Part shown: positions 37,737-46,761 of the stretch, piece after piece
How positions within the stretch are numbered: the first letter of the stretch is position 1
Layout: every line of letters begins with the position of its first letter
IMG/VR virus record: IMGVR_UViG_3300034050_000451
Span: 186,001-250,000 of that record
Length of the DNA: 64,000 nt
Reading direction: 5' to 3' (one strand)
Program-made: the position numbers and the translations under genes
The notes under the pieces: model-generated
Databases searched by the model: none
The model's input: only the letters and a program-made list of their open reading frames with translations
What the model was told of the DNA's origin: nothing

Positions 37737-38309
37737 TTAATATTCGTACTCCGCTTTTGGACCTGTAAGGTTCCCATTTATAAGGAATGAGCAATTAAAA
37801 CATAGCATTCTAAGGTTCTCATATTTGTGGTTGCATCTATCTCCATCAATAAAATCTAATACTAATGGAACCTTGAAATCGGTTACCCGTTTTTCTTCAA
37901 ATCCACAACTATTACATTTTTCTAACATATATCCATTATTCAATAATCTCTTTTTGAATTTATGTATTGGGTAATTGGGATACATACCAGCTAAGATATC
38001 ATCCAATGCATGGGTACTACCCTTATCAGATGAACCTTTGGTTATACCAAGTCCAAATGGATTCTTCAAATCTTCAAAGATACCATAATCTCTTGCGTAT
38101 TTCTTATATGTATTGTATGATACTCCCAACATTCTAGCAGCTTCCATAGCGGAACGTGCTTTTTGTTGTACATCTCTAATTTCAGATTCCATTAGAGGTT
38201 TTGCACCTAACCCACGTTTAGTTCGTTGTTTGGGTGCTTTCGATAAATCTTTGGTTGGGTCAAAGTTTGGGAACATTGGTTCCTCATTTGTAACATCTTC
38301 CATTTTCAT
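37737..38309 (-). CDS. HTH plus HNH-like zinc-finger protein (catalytic His apparently replaced)
   Basis: SAMEAARMLGVSYNTY HTH; CNSC...LDFIDGDRCN...NLRMLCFNC. Confidence 0.75.
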   Translation of the reverse strand: MKMEDVTNEEPMFPNFDPTKDLSKAPKQRTKRGLGAKPLMESEIRDVQQKARSAMEAARMLGVSYNTYKKYARDYGIFEDLKNPFGLGITKGSSDKGSTHALDDILAGMYPNYPIHKFKKRLLNNGYMLEKCNSCGFEEKRVTDFKVPLVLDFIDGDRCNHKYENLRMLCFNCSFLINGNLTGPKAEYEY

Positions 38310-38361
38310 ATACTATTTTAAGTTTCTACTATATGTATATAAATATAGGTTATTTGATTTT

Positions 38362-38832
38362 TTATAATTTATGATTATCTATTAGATAATTAACTATACT
38401 CCCAAATGAAAGTTCAAAATTATTTCGGAATGTATCAACTGATATGAAGTTTTCGGTTGGTGCACCATATGTGGAATAATCCAATGGTTGCTTTGAATTG
38501 TGAACATAAAATTCAGAAAAGTTAGTCAAACCTATTCTACGTTTAAACTCCTCTCTAACCTCTTTATATGGTGATATATCAGATACTACTACATCACAAC
38601 CCGTTGTGTGTAGGTATTGGGCAATCATTTGTAAATGTCTTATGTGTTTGATTGTACCAGAATCAGTATAATCTGTATTATTTGTAATCTTTCTTAACTC
38701 TTCACTATCTAAGTAAAATACATCCCTTCTCCAATTTCTTTTTTCAGATTGGAGAAGTGTGTGAAGTCTTTTTCCCAATTCTCTACTATTACTAGCTTCA
38801 CCAGTAAACCAATAGATTCTACCTTTTGACAT
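38362..38832 (-). CDS. adenylylsulfate-kinase (CysC)-like protein with degenerate P-loop
   Basis: IYWFTG, LDSEELR and ISPYKEVR; the Walker A GK is absent. Confidence 0.7.
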   Translation of the reverse strand: MSKGRIYWFTGEASNSRELGKRLHTLLQSEKRNWRRDVFYLDSEELRKITNNTDYTDSGTIKHIRHLQMIAQYLHTTGCDVVVSDISPYKEVREEFKRRIGLTNFSEFYVHNSKQPLDYSTYGAPTENFISVDTFRNNFELSFGSIVNYLIDNHKL

Positions 38833-38872
38833 AACTTTTATTTATTTTACAAATATACGAAATTAATTTGGA

Positions 38873-41383
38873 TTATACAAAATTATTTTTTACCGAAGTT
38901 ACATAAACATCAGTAGAATTGAATTTTGTAAGTGTTATAATATCAATACTACCAACCAAAGATGCGGTGTAGAATGAACCAAATGGTTGTCTTACGTTTG
39001 AACTAAATGATGCAGTAGATTGATTAGCAGTTGTAATTAATACCGTTGCAGTTTGACCGAATGATATATTACTAGCTGATATGTGTGTTATAGCATTTCC
39101 GTCTAAATTTATTTCAAATAAATTACCTATACTAAAATCTAAAGATGCCGTAAATCCATTTACTGATATGGCTGTTATTTCATTAATAACAGGGTTATTA
39201 AATGTAGATGTACCAGCAAAGGTAGCTGCTCCTTGAAAGTCACTAATACCAGTTACAGTTAAATCGGTAGTTTGAACTTCACCATTTACAGTTTGATTAC
39301 CATAGAATGTATTTGTAGAACCAGTCTTAGCAAATAAATTATATCCATCTACTTGTAATGATGATGATACCAAATTATTTGGTTTTGATGTTATACTATT
39401 CCACGTAGGTGCCGATGCGTTATTTGTTATAGTAATTGCGTTCTCTAAACTTTGAGATATTAAAATACCATCTCCAGGTGCGAATGTTGGTGTATTTTGA
39501 ATAAAATCATAATCAATTTGTGCAGATGCGGTTAATACTACATTTGATAAATTAACAATTCTACTTGCTAATGATGATGATGTTAACCCAAATCCACCAC
39601 TTGAACCCGTCCAATTATTTAATCCTGCTAAACTTCCGTTACTCACAAATCCTAAATTGGATATTTGTGTTGATGATGATACTATACCATTAGTTAATAA
39701 TGAACTACTAATCGATGATACTAATGATGAAAATTGAGTTAATGTAGGTGATAGTACCTCAATAATAACCCAAGGACTACTATATCCAGAGGAGCCAGAT
39801 GTAATAAAAACATTATTAGAACCAGTATAGAATACTGGTTTGTTATATATTAGTTGGTAATCTATTTGAGATGATGAACTAACCGAACCAGATGGTAATC
39901 CGAATGAACCAGATACTAATGTTAATCCATTTAGTACATTTTGAACTCTAGCATCAGTATAATATTTATAATTTACATTTTCAGCAACATAGGATGTATC
40001 AAATCCACCAGTGTTAGAATTTGTTAATGTAATTTGTGCGGATGATGATATAAACCCATTACCAATCAAAGATGATGTTGTTGCAAATCCTAAATTAGTT
40101 ATTTGAGTTGAACCACTAATAACTCCGCTTGGTAATCTATTAACTATGTATGTTGAATTAACATCTGTTGATGTAAGGAATCCAAATCCATTTAATTGTG
40201 CGGATGATGATACCAATCCATTTGGAAATTGAACAAAATCATTAAATGCTGAACCAACCCCAGTAAATGTTAATCTATTATTACCAAATGTAACATTTGA
40301 AATATAATCAGAACCACCACCAGCTCCAAACCTAGAATCTAACGATGCTGAAAATTGTGAAAATGTTATTGTTCTGGTTTTATCTACATATACCGATGAT
40401 AATAATAAATTAGAATCAATAGGGTCAGTAGCTATTATAGATTGTGATATTATATGGAAATTTGGCCCAGTTGCTAATGAACTTGTAGTTACAAATCCTA
40501 AACCAACTATTTGTTGAGAACCAGAAACAGTCCCCTGAGGAATTGTTGTACCACCAGATGCGCTTATAAACCCAAAATCACTTATTTGTTGTGATGATGA
40601 TATTAGACCAAATGAACTACTTAAAAAACCTAAATTAGTTATTTGTTGTGATGATGATACAATAGATGCTGCTTTTAATGATGAAGTATATGCTTCAATA
40701 CTATTAACCTCACCTCTAATAGAACCAGTAAATGAATTAATAGAACCAGTAGTTAAATTAATAGAACCAGTAGTTGAATTAATTGAATTAATAGATGAAT
40801 TTGCTGATGATGTGAATGAATTTAATGCAGATATATTCGTAGCTGTACCTGATATAGTAACAGTTATATCACCATTAGTGTTATCAGCAATTGTTGCGCC
40901 TGGAAATGTAATAGTATCAACACTACTAATAGGTATTCCTGAACCATTACCAACAGTTAATGAAGATGGTACAGTTACAGTCACATCACCACTACCAGCA
41001 TTGAAAACAGTTGCATTATTAAATGTAATTTTATCAACAGCAGTTACGTTTGTACTTCCATCAGAAACAATCAATGAAGTAGATGAACCAGATAATACAT
41101 TAAGTACGTTTAATCTATCAGTTACCCTAGCATCGGTATAATATTTATAAGATGCGTTCTCAGAGATATTAGCAGTTGTTAATCCACTAATGGTGGAGTT
41201 AACCGCTGATATTTGCGATGCTAATTCAGCATCCGTTGCTAAATCCGAACTAACGTATGCTTTTATAGATGATGCCTGTGCATATAACGTTGTCCCACCA
41301 TCCACAACTGGTATCTTAGTTGTACCAACTATGGAACCTGATACTAACTGACTTAAATCTGATATTTTTATACTTGCTGCCAT
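38873..41383 (-). CDS. Ser/Gly/Thr-rich tail-fibre-like structural protein
   Basis: KISDL N-terminus, repeated VSSSxQI and ENxxYKYYTDARV motifs; putative late motif 4 nt upstream. Confidence 0.7.
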   Translation of the reverse strand: MAASIKISDLSQLVSGSIVGTTKIPVVDGGTTLYAQASSIKAYVSSDLATDAELASQISAVNSTISGLTTANISENASYKYYTDARVTDRLNVLNVLSGSSTSLIVSDGSTNVTAVDKITFNNATVFNAGSGDVTVTVPSSLTVGNGSGIPISSVDTITFPGATIADNTNGDITVTISGTATNISALNSFTSSANSSINSINSTTGSINLTTGSINSFTGSIRGEVNSIEAYTSSLKAASIVSSSQQITNLGFLSSSFGLISSSQQISDFGFISASGGTTIPQGTVSGSQQIVGLGFVTTSSLATGPNFHIISQSIIATDPIDSNLLLSSVYVDKTRTITFSQFSASLDSRFGAGGGSDYISNVTFGNNRLTFTGVGSAFNDFVQFPNGLVSSSAQLNGFGFLTSTDVNSTYIVNRLPSGVISGSTQITNLGFATTSSLIGNGFISSSAQITLTNSNTGGFDTSYVAENVNYKYYTDARVQNVLNGLTLVSGSFGLPSGSVSSSSQIDYQLIYNKPVFYTGSNNVFITSGSSGYSSPWVIIEVLSPTLTQFSSLVSSISSSLLTNGIVSSSTQISNLGFVSNGSLAGLNNWTGSSGGFGLTSSSLASRIVNLSNVVLTASAQIDYDFIQNTPTFAPGDGILISQSLENAITITNNASAPTWNSITSKPNNLVSSSLQVDGYNLFAKTGSTNTFYGNQTVNGEVQTTDLTVTGISDFQGAATFAGTSTFNNPVINEITAISVNGFTASLDFSIGNLFEINLDGNAITHISASNISFGQTATVLITTANQSTASFSSNVRQPFGSFYTASLVGSIDIITLTKFNSTDVYVTSVKNNFV
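40717..40779. repeat. 3 x 21-bp tandem repeat (TGSINxx heptads)
   Basis: taatagaaccagta-N7 in three copies. Confidence 0.85.
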
Positions 41384-41410
41384 ATCTATAAATATTCTCT
41401 TTTTGAGATA

Positions 41411-41677
41411 TTACTTTTTATTTTTAACTTTCTTTTCCGGAACCTTTATTGTTGTATCTCCATTGGATATTTTATCCAATATAGTTAATAATTCTTGCCT
41501 ACGAATAGCATCTTTCATTTGCTTTCTCCTTTTAGTAGTTGGTTTAGTAAATTCCTTCCTATCTCTCAACTCCAAAAGATGACCTGATTCAAATGTTTTG
41601 TTTTTGAATATCTTAAGAGCTTTATTTATATCACCATTTTTAACATAAACTGTAACCAAAGATTTTTCTTTACTCAT
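41411..41677 (-). CDS. rpsU: ribosomal protein bS21 (phage-encoded)
   Basis: VYVKNGDINKALKIFK...LELRDRKEFTKPTTKRR. Confidence 0.9.
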   Translation of the reverse strand: MSKEKSLVTVYVKNGDINKALKIFKNKTFESGHLLELRDRKEFTKPTTKRRKQMKDAIRRQELLTILDKISNGDTTIKVPEKKVKNKK

Positions 41678-41681
41678 TATA

Positions 41682-42536
41682 TCAATTAATATAATTAGTT
41701 AATTCAAAGTTTCCACTAGCCATACCATATACTGAAATATGTAGTGCCTTTCTTTGGGGTTTACCATTTCTCAATAATCCAACAGTAAATGAATTAGTCT
41801 TACCAATAGATGGTCTTGAACGAGAATACTTACCTCCCATTGCTATTTGTGTTTGCCAATCATTCTCATCAATTTCATACCCTTTTTTCATAGCGTATGC
41901 TTTAGCAGCTGATGCCGCATCGGTAAATGATTTGAAATAAGTTTCGTTTGATTCTGACATCAAATCAGTTAATTTTATCATCGTATTTTCGGTTTTTCTA
42001 TTTTGTGTTATTTTAGCAGATACAAACATTACAACTGCAATTATAAAAAATATAAAAAATGCGTACATTCCCAACTTAGCCCATAAAGAACCTTCAGCTG
42101 CTTGTGCACCATATACATCTTCCATTATTTTCATTACCTCAGGTTCTGCTAATCTTTGGATTTCAGAATAATACCATTGTGAAAATGATGCTGTTGCGTA
42201 TTGAGTCCAACTACCAGCAGTTAATACAGCTGATATAATTGCTCCCAATGCTGATTTACTTCCTACATTAACTGAAAATTTATTAATTGTACTTCGTAAA
42301 TCCTCATTCATTCCAGTTTGCTTTGAAAAAACCGATTGAGCTTTATTCATTGCTGCCTTTGTATCCGGTTTATCTTTACTAATTTTATCTAAGTTAAGAT
42401 GCTTTACCGCATTTCCAGCTTTCTTATCAGCTATCCTTATTGCTAAATTCCTAATCTTAGAAATAGCATCACCCAACCCCTCATTTAAGTTGGGTTGGGT
42501 GTTTTTATTTTCAGTTAACTGATTTAATTTTATCAT
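41682..42536 (-). CDS. putative head-internal protein, two fused modules
   Basis: MIKLNQLTE at the N-terminus, a second MIKLTDLMSE at 41981, and TM segments. Confidence 0.55.
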   Translation of the reverse strand: MIKLNQLTENKNTQPNLNEGLGDAISKIRNLAIRIADKKAGNAVKHLNLDKISKDKPDTKAAMNKAQSVFSKQTGMNEDLRSTINKFSVNVGSKSALGAIISAVLTAGSWTQYATASFSQWYYSEIQRLAEPEVMKIMEDVYGAQAAEGSLWAKLGMYAFFIFFIIAVVMFVSAKITQNRKTENTMIKLTDLMSESNETYFKSFTDAASAAKAYAMKKGYEIDENDWQTQIAMGGKYSRSRPSIGKTNSFTVGLLRNGKPQRKALHISVYGMASGNFELTNYIN

Positions 42537-43513
42537 TTCATTAAGTTCTTAAGTGAAGTTCTATTAACTTTACCTTCTTTAATTACTGATTGTATCTTAT
42601 CTGCTAATTTATGAAATCCGTTCATTCTTAATTCAAATGCAATTCCATCAATTGCGGTATCTCCACTCCATCCGGCTGCTTGTGATGCGGCTACCCCCAA
42701 ATCTTGTGCATCATCATCAGGTGAACTATATACTGAATCATATTTAGCTCTGATTACATCCATCTTTTCTCTGAACTTAGGGTCTGATGGGTTGGGGTAA
42801 TCTGGCTTCTCTGCTAATTCAGGTTTCCCTTCTAATGCTGCTACTAACTCTCTTGCTTCACTATGGAAGTTTGAATCAGTAAGTGCCGCAACTGCTGCTT
42901 GAGCCATTTTCTTTTGATACTCAGTTTTATCCATCTTATCAGATGAAATTCCCATCTTTTGAGCTATCTTTCTAACTTCTTTATTTACCGTTGGGTCACC
43001 TTTTCTTGGTGCTTTTGGTTCAGCTGCTTTTGGTTCATCACTATCAGGTGCAAATGGATTCCATAAACCTCTACTATCTACCTCTTTTTGAGTAGATGGT
43101 GCAACTTTAGCATCTTTTTGATGTGGATACTTTGTTGGGTTATATGGTTCTAATTCAGATGTATTTACATTACCATCTGCATCGGTTTTTGTTTCACCTC
43201 TTTCATCTGCCATTCTTACAATACCAACTGATTTAGTTCTCGTATTATAAACAACTTTATCAACAGCTAAACTAGCAGGAGTTGCTTTGGGTGTATCCGA
43301 TTTTGGTTCATCTTTAGATGGTGTATTAAAGATATTCACACCAGACTTAGCATCACCACCCTTTGATGTTTTTGCAGTTGGGTCCTCATGTGAACCAGCC
43401 TTAATAGCTTTATCATAAGAATCTTTTGATTTGAAGTGTACTAACTTTCCACTTTCCTTACTCTTAGCAGTGAAATCACTAGCCTCATTTATCAATTGTT
43501 TTAATTGTATCAT
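42533..43513 (-). CDS. putative head-internal protein
   Basis: MIQLKQLINE signal and a module shared with 21191-22048. Confidence 0.55.
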   Translation of the reverse strand: MIQLKQLINEASDFTAKSKESGKLVHFKSKDSYDKAIKAGSHEDPTAKTSKGGDAKSGVNIFNTPSKDEPKSDTPKATPASLAVDKVVYNTRTKSVGIVRMADERGETKTDADGNVNTSELEPYNPTKYPHQKDAKVAPSTQKEVDSRGLWNPFAPDSDEPKAAEPKAPRKGDPTVNKEVRKIAQKMGISSDKMDKTEYQKKMAQAAVAALTDSNFHSEARELVAALEGKPELAEKPDYPNPSDPKFREKMDVIRAKYDSVYSSPDDDAQDLGVAASQAAGWSGDTAIDGIAFELRMNGFHKLADKIQSVIKEGKVNRTSLKNLMK

Positions 43514-43528
43514 AATTATATTTTGTTA

Positions 43529-43804
43529 TTAAAATCCTATACTAACTCGTTTACCCAAATCTTCTTCAACCCAACGAACTTTTGCTGCTATTAATTTTTT
43601 CATAGTATCTACATCAAATCGATATGCACCATGATAATTTTGTAATTTTATAGCAACTACAAAACCATGTATACCATCCCAAATCATTTCGGCCTTTCCA
43701 CCGATTATTGATTCGAATGCTTTAATTTGCTTTTGTTGAATTGGAGTTAATTCACTTAATTCAACAACAGATGCTTCGTTTATTAATTTACTTAATCGTA
43801 TCAT
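43529..43804 (-). CDS. putative head-internal protein (start revised to 43804)
   Basis: MIRLSKLINE. Confidence 0.6.
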   Translation of the reverse strand: MIRLSKLINEASVVELSELTPIQQKQIKAFESIIGGKAEMIWDGIHGFVVAIKLQNYHGAYRFDVDTMKKLIAAKVRWVEEDLGKRVSIGF

Positions 43805-43805
43805 A

Positions 43806-44330
43806 TTATTTTGAAAATTTTGTATATTTGAAATTACTATCGGTAAATCTTCTATCCACCCCATGTTTCTTATAAAACATATTTAATGTACTCACCAAAT
43901 CTCTTACAAATGATGTATATCTTTCTTTAGATTCTGGTGTTACTACATTAACTATATCTCTTGGAATTAAATCAGTTGCCACATTTTGTATTGACATTTG
44001 AACTAACTCATCTATACTTTCAGTAACTCCACTTAGTTTTAAAAATTCAGTTGGATTATATTTTACATTTTCATAATCAAACTTTTTCATCATTTTAGCA
44101 GCTATCTCTTTTCTATTTTCGGTATCACTTACCATAGAAACAATTTCAGCTACACCAACTACCATTTCTCTATCATTATCAGGTTGAGTTACTACTTCTT
44201 CCTCTTCTCTGATTTGTTGTGGAGTTTTGAATGGTGGAATATCTTTAAATGTATAAACTTTTCCAAGCTCAACTTTCATACCCTTCCATTCTATTTCCGA
44301 TAATATGGTTTTTAATTTAGATGAGCTCAT
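43806..44330 (-). CDS. putative head-internal protein
   Basis: KLKTILSE N-terminus. Confidence 0.55.
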   Translation of the reverse strand: MSSSKLKTILSEIEWKGMKVELGKVYTFKDIPPFKTPQQIREEEEVVTQPDNDREMVVGVAEIVSMVSDTENRKEIAAKMMKKFDYENVKYNPTEFLKLSGVTESIDELVQMSIQNVATDLIPRDIVNVVTPESKERYTSFVRDLVSTLNMFYKKHGVDRRFTDSNFKYTKFSK

Positions 44331-45517
44331 TACTTTAATAATTTAAATGCCATTGATTGCATACCCATTAATCCAGTACTTACGAATTTATCTTTGTTTG
44401 ATTGTTGCTTAAGTGCATCATATACTTTAGTTATTGCTGATGCTGAGTACAAATCAACTCTTACTTTTTTACCACTCTTTGGGTCTACTAAAACTTTATT
44501 TGAACTAGTCTTAACTATATCCTTTAATTGGGTTATAATAGTTGGTTCGGTGTTTTCTGTTAACTTAGAACCACCACACCCACAACCACAACCACATCCG
44601 GCTCCTTCATTTACAGAACTACCACCAATCAATTCATTATATGAACTCATATCGATTGTACCCTTTTCCTTTGTAAGCTTAATAGCTCTTTCAGCAAAAT
44701 CATGCAAATCCATATCAGTTTTAGCATCTTCTCTTGCAAATTCCAATGTTCTAATAAACAATGGTATATCCATAGTGATTGTATCAATTACATCACCTAC
44801 TTCAGTTAACCCTTGCTCTTTGTTTTTCATATCAGCGAATGCTTGAGCTTCAGGTTGTGTTTCAAATCCCTTTACTCTAATATCACCTTCCCATACAGCC
44901 CATTTTTCAATTGGGTCTTTACAAGGTTTTACAACGTATTTATCGGATGGGTCTCCGCTATGGTCTTCGTTATTTATTTTCTTACCAGCTTTAACTGCAT
45001 CTTTATGTGCATCAGAATTACCATGTGCAGGTTTCTCACCTCTCGCTCTTTTAGCTCGGATGTTTGCCCAAAGACCAGGTTTTTCTTCGTTTATTGATTC
45101 AAATTTCAATCCAAATCCAGTAGCCTCATCTCTTAACTCATCCCAATCACGACCACCATTACTTCTAATATAATCAACTGCACCTTTAAAATTAGAAAAT
45201 CCTAATTTCTTTAGTATTTTGTTATTACGATACAACGCTCTTAAAAAATCTCTAACACCAGCTGATGATAAAGAAATTTCATTAATCATTTCTTCAACAG
45301 TTTGAGGAAGTGCATCTGCCACTCTTTCCAATTCATCAGATTCAGTACCTTCACTAACTGATTTATAGGTATCTTCCAACCATTTCATCGCATCTCTATT
45401 TTTAGGGAAGTCTTTGAATTCTTTGTAAAATTCCTTAACGAATTCTTTAAATGATGATGCCTCTTTAGCCATCAAATCTACATCACTCATCGAACCCTCT
45501 TTTATTGATTTTTTCAT
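44330..45517 (-). CDS. multi-module (polyprotein-like) putative head protein
   Basis: Small modules separated by IKE, VSE, INE, LTE and VNE sites. Confidence 0.55.
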   Translation of the reverse strand: MKKSIKEGSMSDVDLMAKEASSFKEFVKEFYKEFKDFPKNRDAMKWLEDTYKSVSEGTESDELERVADALPQTVEEMINEISLSSAGVRDFLRALYRNNKILKKLGFSNFKGAVDYIRSNGGRDWDELRDEATGFGLKFESINEEKPGLWANIRAKRARGEKPAHGNSDAHKDAVKAGKKINNEDHSGDPSDKYVVKPCKDPIEKWAVWEGDIRVKGFETQPEAQAFADMKNKEQGLTEVGDVIDTITMDIPLFIRTLEFAREDAKTDMDLHDFAERAIKLTKEKGTIDMSSYNELIGGSSVNEGAGCGCGCGCGGSKLTENTEPTIITQLKDIVKTSSNKVLVDPKSGKKVRVDLYSASAITKVYDALKQQSNKDKFVSTGLMGMQSMAFKLLK

Positions 45518-45523
45518 AATCTT

Positions 45524-45805
45524 CTATAATTTCTTTAATAAGCTGTACATATCTATTTTAAACCCATATCCAGCACCTTTATAATCAAAATCAATATCAA
45601 TTGGTAATTTTAATTTTGATTCCAAATAACTTTGTAATGCCTTTGGAATAACTAATGCTTCATTTGAATCAGATATTATATTTTGTAAAACATCCAAATC
45701 TTTTGAAGTTTTTGCAATACAAGCAATCCCACCATCTTTAATGTTGGGATGTACACCAAATTCAGCTGAATATGTATTACCTTTTAGTTTAAAGTTTAAT
45801 TTCAT
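45524..45805 (-). CDS. hypothetical protein (putative late)
   Basis: 93 aa; putative late motif at 45825. Confidence 0.7.
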   Translation of the reverse strand: MKLNFKLKGNTYSAEFGVHPNIKDGGIACIAKTSKDLDVLQNIISDSNEALVIPKALQSYLESKLKLPIDIDFDYKGAGYGFKIDMYSLLKKL

Positions 45806-45839
45806 AGTTGTACTTTGTTATTCTTATAAATATATCTTT

Positions 45840-46370
45840 TTAATGTTTTATATGTTGTACTCTCCATCTAACATCCTTACCTCTTAACATTGCTTTGGTT
45901 GCCTCTACATTCTTTTCAGAATCATCCGCAAAGTAAACATCATCATAACCTTCGTTATCGATTTTATCTTCTATCCAATCTGCTTTATCTTTCGGGTTGT
46001 TAGATGCTAATGCAACTACAAATATTTTATTAGAATTAATACCAATATCCTTTAGATATTGTTTAATAGGTTGATATGCTGCTCTTGCAGTTAGGATGTA
46101 AACACCATCTCCACCACTACTACCCATTACTCTACGAAGTACATTCGTAATCTTTTTTATTTCTTGAGGATTCTGAACTTTTTGAAAATCAGAAAAATCA
46201 AATTCATCACCAGGTTTTTCATTATAAACAGCGTATTGACCTGGAGTTAATTTTGATTTTTTTCCATTAGAATGCGTTATGTATATAAATGATGTTGTTT
46301 TTACTAATGTATCATCAAAATCAAATATTCTTAACTTCTTAGATTCCACTAATAAACTCCTTGCTATCAT
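45840..46370 (-). CDS. HAD-superfamily phosphatase (start revised to 46370)
   Basis: IFDFDDTL, ILTAR, K and FADDS motifs. Confidence 0.85.
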   Translation of the reverse strand: MIARSLLVESKKLRIFDFDDTLVKTTSFIYITHSNGKKSKLTPGQYAVYNEKPGDEFDFSDFQKVQNPQEIKKITNVLRRVMGSSGGDGVYILTARAAYQPIKQYLKDIGINSNKIFVVALASNNPKDKADWIEDKIDNEGYDDVYFADDSEKNVEATKAMLRGKDVRWRVQHIKH

Positions 46371-46431
46371 ATTTTCTTGTTTGATTGTTAACATACAAAT
46401 ATACAATTTTTTTCTGATATATCCTAATAAA

Positions 46432-46749
46432 TTAGGAGCTTTGTTTCAGAAATTGAGTATTTAATTCTAACAATTTTTTATTTTCCATTTCAAGATATTG
46501 AACTTTAATAGTTAATTCTGCCAAATCTCTAGTAAGATTTAGTATCTTATCCCTAAGTTCATCTTTTTCTTGACTACTTCTTTCTAACAATTGTTCCAAT
46601 CTATCAATTCTCTTAGAGCAATCATGTTTAATAAATTCATCTTCCTTTTCCTGTCTTTCGGCTTTTTTCTCATAAAACCTCCAAGCTCCAGCTGAACCTA
46701 ATACTGTTATTAGTGTTATTATTACTGCGTAAATTGATTCTGATTGCAT
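46432..46749 (-). CDS. TM plus coiled-coil protein
   Basis: N-terminal TM LGSAGAW followed by a coiled coil. Confidence 0.7.
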   Translation of the reverse strand: MQSESIYAVIITLITVLGSAGAWRFYEKKAERQEKEDEFIKHDCSKRIDRLEQLLERSSQEKDELRDKILNLTRDLAELTIKVQYLEMENKKLLELNTQFLKQSS

Positions 46750-46761
46750 TGTTAGTTATTT

